This document shows, piece after piece, positions 38,543 through 48,315 of a DNA stretch of 64,000 nt (positions within the stretch are counted from its first letter, which is position 1; each line of letters opens with the position of its first letter). The notes below the pieces were generated by a model. It was not told where the DNA came from. It did no database searches and saw only the letters and a list, made by a program, of their open reading frames with translations. A program made the translations under genes and the position numbers. This stretch comes from Coraliomargarita sp. Lineage in GTDB: Bacteria; Verrucomicrobiota; Verrucomicrobiia; Opitutales; Coraliomargaritaceae. The stretch is taken from NCBI GenBank assembly GCA_965216325.1, contig OZ244160.1:672001-736000 (forward strand), written 5' to 3'.

Positions 38543-41125
38543 TTATTCCGACGCCTTCTTCGCTGCTTTCTTGGCAGGGCGTGGAGCAAATTCGAAGCCG
38601 ATCTTGCCAGTTTCGAAGTCGAGCGTGAGGTGCGCCTTGAATGGGCGCTTGGTGCGCTTGGAAATGAAGCCGTCGAGTAGTGGAGTCTTGCCCTCGGTGA
38701 AGAGCTTTTCAACTTCCTCGGGCTGGAGCTCTTTTTGCAAGATGGTCTTGCCGAGGCGGAAGCCTTCAGGCGCGTCCTTGGTCTTGAGCTGCGGCAGGTG
38801 GTAGGCCTTTTCGGTGGCGTAGAGCTTGCCTTCAGTGCCATCTTGGAGGGTGAGCTCCTTGAGCATTTGGTCGTCGCGGAGGTCTTCGGAGGGCTCGAGA
38901 TCTTCGTCGAAGACAAAGTCGATCTTCCATTTGCCGATCTTGCCAGTCTTGCTGACGGAGCGTGCGAGCTTGAGGCCGGCTTCGAATGGCTTGTTGAAGC
39001 GTGAACGGAAGCCGTCCATCTCTCGGAGTTCCTTTTCAGTGAAGAGCTTGATGGCTTCTTCTTCACTGAGTGTGCGGCCAGCAATGTGCTTGGATACCTT
39101 GAAGTCGCAGTCCACGTCGCGGCACTCGTAAGTGGCGTCGGTTTGCTTGAGGCGCGGTGCGCCGCAGTTCGGGCAGGGTGTTTCGAGATCCGGGAAGACG
39201 CGATTGACGGCTTCGTTCATATGGGCCTTGGCCTTGCCAACTACTTCTTCGGTGAAGCGATTGATCTCCTGCATGAAGGTTTCACGCTTAATCTCGCCGT
39301 GCTGCATCTTGTTGAGCTTGGCTTCCCAGTCGCCCGTCATGGATGGCGAGGTGAGTGCTTCGATCTTCATCTCTTCGCAGAGCTCGATCAGGCGCAGGCC
39401 TTTGCCGGTTACGTTCAGTTCGCGACCTTCGCGGGCAATGTATTTCTGGCGGAGCAGACCTTCGATGGTGGCCGCACGGGTTGCCGGCGTGCCGAGACCG
39501 CGCTCGACCATGGCTTCGCGCAACTCTTCGTCGTCGATGAGTTTACCCGCACCTTCCATGGCCGCGAGCAGGGTGGATTCCGTAAAGCGTGCCGGTGGCT
39601 TGGTGGCCTTGTCTTGGCGACGGATCGGTGCTTGTGGCTCTTCGTCTTCTTCGACGGGGAGTGGTGCTGTTGGGACGCGGGCGCTTTCGCCTTCTTGGAC
39701 GGCGACGAGCTCGTCCTTGCCGGCTGCGACGCCAGCGACGCGGCCGTAAACTGCCAGCCAGCCAGGGTTAACGAGTGTCTTACCTTGAGTGAGGAAGTTG
39801 TCCTGCTCAGCACCGTGATCGATGATGGTGATGCGCTTGGTGACTTCGAACTCGGCCTGCGGGTAGAAGACTGCGATGAAGCGCTTGACGATCATATCGT
39901 AGACCTTGGCCTCTTGTTCGGTCAGCTTGACCATGCGACCGGTTGGGATGATCGCAAAGTGATCGGAGACCTTGGCGTTGTTGAAGATCCGCTTGTTAAA
40001 CTTGATCTTGTCCTCTTCGATCGCTTTGGCGGCCCATTGTGCGGCTGGGTGTGCGGTGCCAGAGAGGTCACGCATGGTCTCGTAGACCTTACTCATATAG
40101 TCTTCCGGCAGATAGCGGGAATCCGTTCTCGGGTAGGTGACCATCTTGTGGCGCTCGTAGAGTGCTTGAGCAATGCCGAGTGTGTTCTTCGCGGTGAACG
40201 GAGCCTCACGTTGAAGGGTGGTGAGATCGTACAGCTGTGGCGCGATTTGCTTGGTCGGCTTCTTTTCTTCGCTGACGCTGCCAGTCTTGCCGACGCAGCG
40301 TTCGCAGATCGCATCAGCTGCTTCCTTGCTCCAGATGCGCTCGGCTTTGCCGTGTGGCTTGGCCTTGTCCTTTTTGTAATTCGGGTCGAACCAGCGTCCA
40401 ACGTAGTTGCCCTTGGTAACGCTGAAGTCGGCGTGCACTTCCCAATAGTCCTCAGGAGTGAAGGCTTTGATTTCGCGCTCGCGCTTGGCGAGGATCGCCA
40501 GAGTCGGGGTCTGTACACGGCCTGCGGCGGTGATGTTGAAGCCACCATGGCGTGAGCGGAAACAGGTCATCGCGCGGGTGGTGTTGAGGCCGACCAGCCA
40601 GTCCGACTCAGAACGGCACTTCGCCGCATCGGCGAGGTTGGACATGTCGCTGCCATCACGCAGGTTTTGCCAGGCTTCTTGAATCGCGCCGGTGGTCATG
40701 GACTGCATCCAGAGGCGTTTGACCGGCTTGTTCACCTTGCCGATGTCCATGATATATTGGAAAATCAGCTCACCCTCGCGACCGGCGTCACATGCGTTGA
40801 CGATGACGTCGATGTCCTTCTTGCGAGCCAAAGCAAGCACGTGCTTGAGACGGTTGGCGCTTTGTTCGATTGGCTGAAGCTCAAACTTTTTCGGAATCGC
40901 CGGGAGCACGTTGAAGTTCCACGGCAGGTTTTTACCATTCGGGCCGGTGGGCATTTTCAGCTCAACCAAGTGACCGACTGCCGAGGTAATTGCGGCGTTG
41001 TCGTTTTCGAAATACTGAGCATCACGCGACTTTCCCTTCTTCTCAAACTTGCCGAGAGTTTTGGCGAGGGCTTTGGACAGGTCGGTGGCGACGGAGGGTT
41101 TCTCCGCGATGATCAAATATTTCAT
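38543..41125 (-). CDS. topB: Type IA DNA topoisomerase (topoisomerase III-like, with C-terminal repeats)
   Basis: Motifs [59 protein letters not shown] and GFxS..KPF repeats. Confidence 0.88.
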   Translation of the reverse strand: MKYLIIAEKPSVATDLSKALAKTLGKFEKKGKSRDAQYFENDNAAITSAVGHLVELKMPTGPNGKNLPWNFNVLPAIPKKFELQPIEQSANRLKHVLALARKKDIDVIVNACDAGREGELIFQYIMDIGKVNKPVKRLWMQSMTTGAIQEAWQNLRDGSDMSNLADAAKCRSESDWLVGLNTTRAMTCFRSRHGGFNITAAGRVQTPTLAILAKREREIKAFTPEDYWEVHADFSVTKGNYVGRWFDPNYKKDKAKPHGKAERIWSKEAADAICERCVGKTGSVSEEKKPTKQIAPQLYDLTTLQREAPFTAKNTLGIAQALYERHKMVTYPRTDSRYLPEDYMSKVYETMRDLSGTAHPAAQWAAKAIEEDKIKFNKRIFNNAKVSDHFAIIPTGRMVKLTEQEAKVYDMIVKRFIAVFYPQAEFEVTKRITIIDHGAEQDNFLTQGKTLVNPGWLAVYGRVAGVAAGKDELVAVQEGESARVPTAPLPVEEDEEPQAPIRRQDKATKPPARFTESTLLAAMEGAGKLIDDEELREAMVERGLGTPATRAATIEGLLRQKYIAREGRELNVTGKGLRLIELCEEMKIEALTSPSMTGDWEAKLNKMQHGEIKRETFMQEINRFTEEVVGKAKAHMNEAVNRVFPDLETPCPNCGAPRLKQTDATYECRDVDCDFKVSKHIAGRTLSEEEAIKLFTEKELREMDGFRSRFNKPFEAGLKLARSVSKTGKIGKWKIDFVFDEDLEPSEDLRDDQMLKELTLQDGTEGKLYATEKAYHLPQLKTKDAPEGFRLGKTILQKELQPEEVEKLFTEGKTPLLDGFISKRTKRPFKAHLTLDFETGKIGFEFAPRPAKKAAKKASE

Positions 41126-41298
41126 AATTTGTTAAAGTGTCGTGCTTTAGAAGCGTTTGAGCCCCCGTGTGTGACGGAGGCTCGTTGAAAGTTGAAGTGA
41201 AATTGAGTTAACAGAGAGTTGCAGTGCAGGTCAGTGTTGCGTCGGGTAGGCAGCGAGCTTTGGGGGCTGCTCGGTCGGTTGTCTGATCGATCACTTGC

Positions 41299-41314
41299 AT
41301 ACTATATAGAGTGT
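41299..41314. promoter_or_regulatory. Candidate NrdR box upstream of the topoisomerase gene
   Basis: Minus strand ACACTCTATATAGTAT matches acaCwAtATaTwGtgt at 14 of 16 positions. Only one copy seen. Confidence 0.45.
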
Positions 41315-41596
41315 GCTGGCTGCGGTTTGAGTAATGGTTGTTTCCGTCTATTTCGTGGCCATCGGGCTGCGAAAGGGAAATTTCGGTAAAAAGAGGCGAT
41401 TAATTGAGACGTCAATCATCTTTCTATTTTTCGAGAACAGATGAGCAGGTCGGGTGCAGCTTCAGCCAACCCTTTGTGGATGGAGTCTGAGCTATCGGGT
41501 ACTTCTGTTTTTTGAAGCGTTTGCTGAAGCTGCATACTACGTTTTAATTCAAAATCGTTTTGCCTCTGAGCACGGAGCTGTTGAGAAACAGGAGAG

Positions 41597-42838
41597 ATGC
41601 TTAACGACTTCCGCGAAAAACTAGAGACCAAGGCCAACGAATTTGCTCAATTTACGGCCGATGTTATCTATGACCGTGCCCATGGGCGTGCAGCGGAGAT
41701 TATGGGGAGCTGCTTGTATGGGCTGTCGTTTATCTTCCATGGGCTGGTTCGCCTGCGCTGGTATTTTTACGAGCATCGCATCCTTCGTAACAAGCCGCTG
41801 GGCTGCCTGGTGGTCGTGGTCGGTAACCTGACGGTCGGCGGCACGGGTAAGACGCCCGTAGTGGAAAAGTTTGCCCGCACGCTGACCGAGCGGGGGCGTA
41901 AGGTAGCGATTCTCAGTCGTGGCTATAAGAGCAAAAAGGAACCCTTGCTAAAGAAACTCTGGCGCAAGCTGACCCACGGTCAGGAGGATCCGCCGAAGAT
42001 CGTGAGCGATGGTAAAGACGTCTTGCTCGATTCGGAAATCGCGGGTGACGAGCCCTTCATGCTGGCGAGTAATCTGCCCGGTGTGGTGGTGCTGTGTGAT
42101 AAGAACCGTGTGAAAGCGGGCTCCTATGCGATTCGTCATTTCGGTTGCGATACGCTCATTTTGGACGACGGTTTCCAGTATTTGCCGCTCAAGGGAAGGC
42201 TGAATTTGCTCTTGGTGGATAAGACCAACCCATTTGGAAACCAGCACTTGTTACCGCGTGGCATTCTGCGCGAACCCATCAACCACTTGAAGCGGGCGAG
42301 CTATATTTTCCTGACCAAGTCGGATGGTCAGCGTGACGAAGCGCTGTTGGAATTGATTCGCGAACACAATTCAGAGGCGGAAATTATTGAGTGTGCGCAC
42401 CGTCCGCAGTATCTGCAGGAAGTTGGGAGCGATGAACGCATCCCGCTGGATAAATTGCAAGGCGCGCACATTGCCGCGTTCAGTGGTATTGCGGTGCCGG
42501 AGAGTTTCGAAGGGATGCTACGCGGCTTTGGTGCCGAGATTCGCTACAACAAGCGCTTCCTCGATCACCACCGCTTTACGCGACACGAAATCGAGCACAT
42601 CTATGACAAGGCTGCTGAAGCGGGACTCGATATGATCGTGACTACCGAGAAGGATGCAGTGCGTCTATTCGACGATCTGAAGCCGAAAATCCCCATCTAC
42701 TTCCTGCGCTTGGAAATTGATATCCTGTCAGGCGAGGAGGACTTTGATCATGCGGCGACGCGTATTTGCCTACCAAGGAATTCGCCTTCGCAATTTACAC
42801 GTGCGCCGTTTTCGAACAAAATGCCTGCATCGGAATGA
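41597..42838 (+). CDS. lpxK: Tetraacyldisaccharide 4'-kinase
   Basis: Motifs [50 protein letters not shown]. Confidence 0.95.
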   Translation: MLNDFREKLETKANEFAQFTADVIYDRAHGRAAEIMGSCLYGLSFIFHGLVRLRWYFYEHRILRNKPLGCLVVVVGNLTVGGTGKTPVVEKFARTLTERGRKVAILSRGYKSKKEPLLKKLWRKLTHGQEDPPKIVSDGKDVLLDSEIAGDEPFMLASNLPGVVVLCDKNRVKAGSYAIRHFGCDTLILDDGFQYLPLKGRLNLLLVDKTNPFGNQHLLPRGILREPINHLKRASYIFLTKSDGQRDEALLELIREHNSEAEIIECAHRPQYLQEVGSDERIPLDKLQGAHIAAFSGIAVPESFEGMLRGFGAEIRYNKRFLDHHRFTRHEIEHIYDKAAEAGLDMIVTTEKDAVRLFDDLKPKIPIYFLRLEIDILSGEEDFDHAATRICLPRNSPSQFTRAPFSNKMPASE

Positions 42839-42913
42839 AACTTGCAAGGTGCGCTTAGAGCACTCTAACTCCAGCCATTAATAACCCAACCGCCCTTATT
42901 AATTACTAGCAAA

Positions 42914-44128
42914 ATGGCAGCAAAGACAGCCGACAACGAACCTACCGAGACCACAACAGTCCAAGACCTCGAAGTTAAAGACGCGCAGATTATCTTCAGT
43001 TCCGTGTGGGCCACACTGGAAGAAGAACTCGGTGAAGAGAACCTACGGTTCCCGAAAGAGATTTTCTGGCTTAACGGTGCACCGGGTGCGGGTAAGGGCA
43101 CCAACACGAACTTCATCATGCAGTATCGTGACCTCACTGCACCGCCATTGGTGGTGAGCTCGCTGTTGCAAAGCCCAGAGGCACGCAAGCGCATCGACGC
43201 TGGTCTGCTGGTTGGTGACCGTGAGGTGATCGAGATCATGCTGCGCAAGTTGCTTGAGCCGGTCTATAAGTCAGGGGCAGTGGTGGACGGGTTCCCCCGC
43301 ACGAAGGTGCAGGTGGAGTGTGTGAAGCTACTTTATAATAAGCTGATTGAGCTGCGTCTGAAGTATAAGGATACCCTCTACGCTGAGTTCTTCAAAAAGC
43401 CGCACTTCCACATCGTGGTGCTGTTTGTGGATGAGAAGGAGAGTGTGGCGCGTCAGGTAAAGCGCGGTCACCAAGCGATTGCTCACAACGAAGAGGTGCG
43501 TGAATCCGGCGTTGGTGAACTGCTCGAAGTGCGCCCGACAGATCTCGACCCAGAGGCTGCGCTGAATCGTTACCGCACCTTTAAGGAAAAGACCTATGGC
43601 GCGTTGAAGGACCTGCGTGAAATTTTCTTCTACCACTTCATTAATGCGCACGGTTCGATTGAGGACGTTCGTAAGCGTATTGATGAGGAGCTTTCGTATC
43701 AGGGTTCGCTTGAACTCGACGAGGCAACCTACGATCGCATCTCTTCGATTCCAATCGCTCGCAAGCTCTCTCAGCATGCGCGTCAGGATTTGGTCGACCG
43801 CTTGGAAGGCTATGAGGCGCGTTCGCCAGAGCTCTTTACTCGGATTGTTGATGTGATTCAGTCGGAATTTTTGCCGATCATTAAACGTCACGCGATTTCC
43901 GGCACTGCGGTGATCAACTCCGAGGACACCATTTTCGAGGAAGATGATGCGTTGGCGATGTTGATCGATGTGTTCTCTGAGCGTGGTTACTTTGCGATCG
44001 TGGATGTGAACCGGATGGATGTTCCTGAGTCGATCGATCCGAAGACCTTCAAGATTAAGAATCGGATCAAGAAGGTCTATCGCGTGCGTGTCCGCTTCCA
44101 AGGGTCGGAAATTCGCCGCGGCCGCTAG
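42914..44128 (+). CDS. Adenylate kinase-like nucleoside monophosphate kinase with N- and C-terminal extensions
   Basis: P-loop GAPGAGKGT; motifs GLLVGD, VDGFPRT..Q, R.TD; 404 aa. Confidence 0.85.
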   Translation: MAAKTADNEPTETTTVQDLEVKDAQIIFSSVWATLEEELGEENLRFPKEIFWLNGAPGAGKGTNTNFIMQYRDLTAPPLVVSSLLQSPEARKRIDAGLLVGDREVIEIMLRKLLEPVYKSGAVVDGFPRTKVQVECVKLLYNKLIELRLKYKDTLYAEFFKKPHFHIVVLFVDEKESVARQVKRGHQAIAHNEEVRESGVGELLEVRPTDLDPEAALNRYRTFKEKTYGALKDLREIFFYHFINAHGSIEDVRKRIDEELSYQGSLELDEATYDRISSIPIARKLSQHARQDLVDRLEGYEARSPELFTRIVDVIQSEFLPIIKRHAISGTAVINSEDTIFEEDDALAMLIDVFSERGYFAIVDVNRMDVPESIDPKTFKIKNRIKKVYRVRVRFQGSEIRRGR

Positions 44129-44146
44129 TGGAGGTTGTTTTTTTGA

Positions 44147-44182
44147 ACCGTTAATTAACGTTAATTGACGTTAATTGACGGT
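44147..44182. repeat. Tandem 10-mer, self-complementary
   Basis: ACCG TTAATTAACG TTAATTGACG TTAATTGACG GT. Confidence 0.75.
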
Positions 44183-45050
44183 CTCATCTACAGTGCGATC
44201 GTTTGTGGAATTTGTAGGCCCCAGTTCGGTTGTTTGTTTAGAAGGAGCATGTGCTGTAAGTGTTGAGCAACTTGCTGCGCGGTTTCAGTTGTCTATTATC
44301 GACGGTTCGTCACTGGCGGCTGCTAAGCCGAAGCACTTGCGGCGTTTTCTCTTGGAGCAATTGGGCAGTGAGGCTGGCTTTGTCTTTTTGTATGATGCGG
44401 ATGGCTTGCGGCTGTATGCGACTGGCGAACTGGATCTCAATGTTCGTGCAGATTTCTACAGTCCAAGTGTTACCTATCGGCGTAAGCAGGGCGGCGGGCG
44501 TGGCCAATTGATTGCACGCGCAGTTGGGTTTAAGGCCAACTATGCGCCGAAGGTATTGGATGGAACGGCTGGACTCGGGGGCGACGCCTTTGTGCTGGCG
44601 AGCTTGGGTTGCCAGGTTCGCATGTGTGAGCGTGTTCCTGCGGTGCGTGCCCTGCTTGAAGACGGATTGGTTCAGGCTCGTAAGTATGCCGATGCTCAGG
44701 ATGCACAGCTTGGGGTGGTCTTGGATCGCATGGACCTCGTTCAAACTGACACGGTCTCCTATCTAAAGACACTTCCTGCAGCTCAGCGACCCGATGTGAT
44801 TTATCTCGATCCGATGTTTCCTGAGCGGACAAAGTCGGCCCTGGTCAAAAAGGAGATGCGAGTCTTTCACGATCTGGTGGGTGCCGACGCGGATGCGGAT
44901 CAGTTGCTCGAAGCTGCTTTGCCAGTTGCGCTGCAGCGTGTGGTGGTCAAACGCCCCCGGTTGGCGCCAACCTTGAAAGGTCCTAAACCGAGTAATGTGC
45001 TCGAAGGGAAAACGAGTCGCTACGATATTTACCAGTCCTCGAATGCTTAA
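44175..45050 (+). CDS. rsmJ: 16S rRNA m2G1516 methyltransferase
   Basis: Motifs [44 protein letters not shown]. Start uncertain. Confidence 0.9.
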   Translation: MTVSSTVRSFVEFVGPSSVVCLEGACAVSVEQLAARFQLSIIDGSSLAAAKPKHLRRFLLEQLGSEAGFVFLYDADGLRLYATGELDLNVRADFYSPSVTYRRKQGGGRGQLIARAVGFKANYAPKVLDGTAGLGGDAFVLASLGCQVRMCERVPAVRALLEDGLVQARKYADAQDAQLGVVLDRMDLVQTDTVSYLKTLPAAQRPDVIYLDPMFPERTKSALVKKEMRVFHDLVGADADADQLLEAALPVALQRVVVKRPRLAPTLKGPKPSNVLEGKTSRYDIYQSSNA

Positions 45051-45108
45051 TCGCAATCCTACTCCTGATCTTAATCTACGGTGTGAGAGATTATGAATAA
45101 GATTAAGA
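45046..45108. repeat. Inverted hexamer-periodic hairpin
   Basis: CTTAATCGCAATCCTACTCCTGATCTTAATCT ... AGATTATGAATAAGATTAAGA. Confidence 0.6.
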
Positions 45109-45146
45109 TGTTGTTCTGCCATGAACCTTCTTAACTCTCTCTTGAT

Positions 45147-47144
45147 ATGTCCGAACTCAAATCTGCTTCATCGAATCCTGCCGTCGTTTGCACGACGGAC
45201 GATCAGGCCTGCGATGATCTGGATGTGAAGCTTTCCAAGTCGTGGCTGCGGATCGCGATCGCCGCGGTCTTTGCCGGTCAGGGGATGATGCTCTCTTTGG
45301 CGCTGAGTATGACGCCACCGGAGTTCGGCACTCCCGTCTATTGGGTCTTGCATGGCGGATTGATCTTCTCCGCGCTGATTGTGATCCTGTTTCTCGGTGG
45401 GCCTTTGTTTGCGTCGACCTTTGGGATGCTTCGGTCGAAGCGTCTTTCGATCGAAGGTTTGTTTACTTTGAGTTTATTGGGAGCCTTTGTTGGTTCACTA
45501 GTGAGCACGCTTACCGGTGCGGGAGCTGTGTTTTATGAGGTCGTCTCGATCGTGATCGCGATCTATACGCTTGGGCGAATGCTCAGTGAGCGCTCGAAGG
45601 CGAAATTACGGATGGAGAGTGATCGGGTGCGTGAGCGCTACGATACGGCTTGTGTTTTGGTTGAGGGGCAGTGGGTGGAAATGCCGGTTGCTGAAGTGAC
45701 GCTTGGCTCGCTGGTGCGAGTTGCGCCAGGGGAACCCTTCTCGGTCGATGGCCGAGTGGTTCGTGGTGTCGGCTATGTAAAGGAGACAGCATTGACCGGA
45801 GAGCCGCTGCCGGTGGTGCGGCATGCGGGAGATGTCGTTCGAGCGGGCACTTGGTCTGAGGATGGTAGTTTTGAGGTCGAGGTGACTGCTGCGGCGGGGG
45901 CGCGCGAACTCGATGGTATTTTACAAACGGTTGAAGATGCTACAGGGCGTCCCTCGGAATTGCAGGGGCAGGCAAACGATTTAATTCAGGGTTTCTTGCC
46001 CTTGGTTGCGGGCGTCAGCATGGCGACGGCGATCTACTGGAGCTTTATGGGCACCTGGATTGATGCAGTGCTCAATAGTATGGCGGTCTTACTGGTCGCT
46101 TGCCCGTGCGCGCTTGGCTTGGCGACGCCGGTTGCCATTTGGCAGGGCTTATTCCAGCTTTCGCGTTTTGGCTTGGTGAGCCGCGACGGCGCGCTCATCG
46201 ATGTGCTGGCGCAGACGCGGCAATTGTTTTTTGATAAGACCGGCACTTTGAGCGAATCCACCATGCGTGTGACGGAGTGCCTGATAGTGCCGGAGTGGGA
46301 GGCACAACGAACTGATTTATTGGCAGGCGTTGCTGCGGTGGAGTCGCAATTGAAGCATCCGATCGCTCGAGCGATCAGCGAGTTTATTGGCGCTGCGTCT
46401 GCGGCTTCAGCTGTTGAGGAGTTGCAGCTGGTGGCAGGGCAGGGGGTGCGGGCCCGAGTGACTGTCGCGGGCCGCGAAGCGGAGTTTCAAATTGGAGAGC
46501 CTGAACTCGGTGATAGTTTCGAGGCTACCGAGACACTCACACGGTTGAAAGAGCAGGGGGGCAAGCGAGTCTGTGTCTTTGTGGATGAGTCGCTTGCAGC
46601 CGTATTCGTATTGCGCGAACGCTTGCGTGAGGGTGTGCCAACCGTCTGGCAAACACTTGCGGAACATGGTATTCAGGCAGCGGTGCTTACTGGAGATCCG
46701 AACCCTGACATCGAGTTGCCACAGGGTGTGACCCTACAATCCGGGCTCTCGGCGGCTGAAAAATCAGCGATTGTCAGTAAGTCGAATGAGAACGGGGACT
46801 TCCCGATTTTAATTGGTGACGGGATTAATGACGCGGGGGCGATGGCGATGGCGTCGGCTTCGATTGCGATGGGCAGTGGCACTGGACTCACGCGAACGGC
46901 TGCGAGCGGGCAGCTGATTTCGGATCGACTGGAGGCGCTCGCAGAGGCCATTGAACTTGCCGGAGTTATTCGTAAGCGATTGCGGGGCAATTTGATATAC
47001 GCCGCCGCCTACAATGTGCTCGGCATGGGACTCGCTGCTGCAGGTCTATTGCACCCGGTTGTAGCCGCCTTGATTATGTTGATTTCCAGTGCCTGGGTAA
47101 CAGCCCGCGCACTACAAATTCGGCTTCCAGATAAAATTATTTAA
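45147..47144 (+). CDS. Heavy-metal P1B-type ATPase (probably CcoI-like Cu ATPase for oxidase assembly)
   Basis: Motifs TGE, ACPCALGLATP, DKTGT, HP, GDGINDA, YN...M..SS; lies directly upstream of the ACIII/cbb3 cluster. Confidence 0.88.
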   Translation: MSELKSASSNPAVVCTTDDQACDDLDVKLSKSWLRIAIAAVFAGQGMMLSLALSMTPPEFGTPVYWVLHGGLIFSALIVILFLGGPLFASTFGMLRSKRLSIEGLFTLSLLGAFVGSLVSTLTGAGAVFYEVVSIVIAIYTLGRMLSERSKAKLRMESDRVRERYDTACVLVEGQWVEMPVAEVTLGSLVRVAPGEPFSVDGRVVRGVGYVKETALTGEPLPVVRHAGDVVRAGTWSEDGSFEVEVTAAAGARELDGILQTVEDATGRPSELQGQANDLIQGFLPLVAGVSMATAIYWSFMGTWIDAVLNSMAVLLVACPCALGLATPVAIWQGLFQLSRFGLVSRDGALIDVLAQTRQLFFDKTGTLSESTMRVTECLIVPEWEAQRTDLLAGVAAVESQLKHPIARAISEFIGAASAASAVEELQLVAGQGVRARVTVAGREAEFQIGEPELGDSFEATETLTRLKEQGGKRVCVFVDESLAAVFVLRERLREGVPTVWQTLAEHGIQAAVLTGDPNPDIELPQGVTLQSGLSAAEKSAIVSKSNENGDFPILIGDGINDAGAMAMASASIAMGSGTGLTRTAASGQLISDRLEALAEAIELAGVIRKRLRGNLIYAAAYNVLGMGLAAAGLLHPVVAALIMLISSAWVTARALQIRLPDKII

Positions 47145-47396
47145 TACTGATTATCTGATTGTCTAATTGTTCTTCATATATGTAACAAGGCGTTGCATTC
47201 GCGGGGTTCGTTTCCTTAATCCCGCAACATACACACTAACCCGAGCTCCATGCCGCTTATACCAAGGCATGAGTTTGTTAATATCTCTACTAACCGCTTT
47301 GATATCATGCGTTTTCGCGCGTGCTGTCTGTCCGTTGATAAAAAACGGTTGCCAAGTGAATTAGCCGGACTTTTAACAAATCGCTTAATTTTTCTG

Positions 47397-47612
47397 ATGG
47401 ACCGCACGACAAACACTACCCGAAAAGGATTTCTTCAACGAGCAGGCCTGGCGATCGCTGGGGCGTTCGCGTTGACTGGAACTTCGAATGCTACGACCAC
47501 GCAGACTTCGAAAGGTTCCGTAAATGGCTCCACAGGCACCAATCATGAGTTGCCTGCGATGTCGCGTATTCGCACTGCCAAGGGCGCAGTCGAGCGTAAT
47601 TCGGCCAGCTAA
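47397..47612 (+). CDS. Small exported peptide with Tat-like signal (71 aa)
   Basis: MDRTTNTTRKGFLQRAGLAIAGAFALTGTSNA; ends 37 bp before actA. Confidence 0.65.
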   Translation: MDRTTNTTRKGFLQRAGLAIAGAFALTGTSNATTTQTSKGSVNGSTGTNHELPAMSRIRTAKGAVERNSAS

Positions 47613-47649
47613 ATCCCGCACACTTTTCAAAACAGACTGATACTAAGCC

Positions 47650-48303
47650 ATGGCGAATGTATTTCCTAAATGGGTCAACACGGTCCCGATCAAAGTGATC
47701 ATTGCGATCATCCTGATCAAGACAGCGGTCGTGCTTGGCGTTACCTACTACTTCACTCCGAAGTATACACGCGTCGGATATGCGCCGACCCAGCCTGTGG
47801 CCTTCAGCCACGAGCTTCACGCTGGTCAGCTCGAGATCGACTGCCGTTACTGCCACACTTTTGTGGACCGTTCCGAGCACTCGAATATTCCTGGCGCGAA
47901 TGTGTGTATGACTTGCCACAGCATGGTGCGTAAGGGCGACCCAATGCTGGCTCCGGTTAAGGAGAGCTACGAGTCGGGTGAGCCGATTCCTTGGGTGCGA
48001 ATCCACAAGACTCCGGACTACGTCTACTTCAATCACTCCGTGCACGTAAACCGCGGCATCAGCTGTGTGGAATGTCACGGTCGTATTGACGAGATGGAAG
48101 TGGTCGAGCACGCGAAGCCATTGAGCATGAGCTTCTGCTTGGACTGTCACCGGAACCCAGAGGACTACATCCGACCACAGGAAGAAGTTTACAACCTCGA
48201 TTGGGAGCGTCCCGACACCGAAGAATTCCAGAAGCAAGCTGAAGGCTTCGTGCACGACTGGAAGGTTAACCCACCGCAAAGCTGCTCTGGCTGCCACCGC
48301 TAA
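47650..48303 (+). CDS. actA: Alternative complex III pentahaem cytochrome c subunit
   Basis: N-terminal TM; QPVAFSHELHAG; five CxxCH motifs (CRYCH, CMTCH, CVECH, CLDCH, CSGCH). Confidence 0.93.
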   Translation: MANVFPKWVNTVPIKVIIAIILIKTAVVLGVTYYFTPKYTRVGYAPTQPVAFSHELHAGQLEIDCRYCHTFVDRSEHSNIPGANVCMTCHSMVRKGDPMLAPVKESYESGEPIPWVRIHKTPDYVYFNHSVHVNRGISCVECHGRIDEMEVVEHAKPLSMSFCLDCHRNPEDYIRPQEEVYNLDWERPDTEEFQKQAEGFVHDWKVNPPQSCSGCHR

Positions 48304-48315
48304 TACGAGATTTTT

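Noticed and set aside
39086..40555. 489-aa plus-strand ORF
   Set aside because: Antisense shadow of topB caused by codon bias; no motifs.
41416..41637. 73-aa minus-strand ORF upstream of lpxK
   Set aside because: Overlaps the lpxK start antisense, TTG start, no recognisable features.
47167..47188. Weak palindrome TTGTT...AACAA upstream of the respiratory operon
   Set aside because: Does not match FNR or Rex consensus well enough to call.
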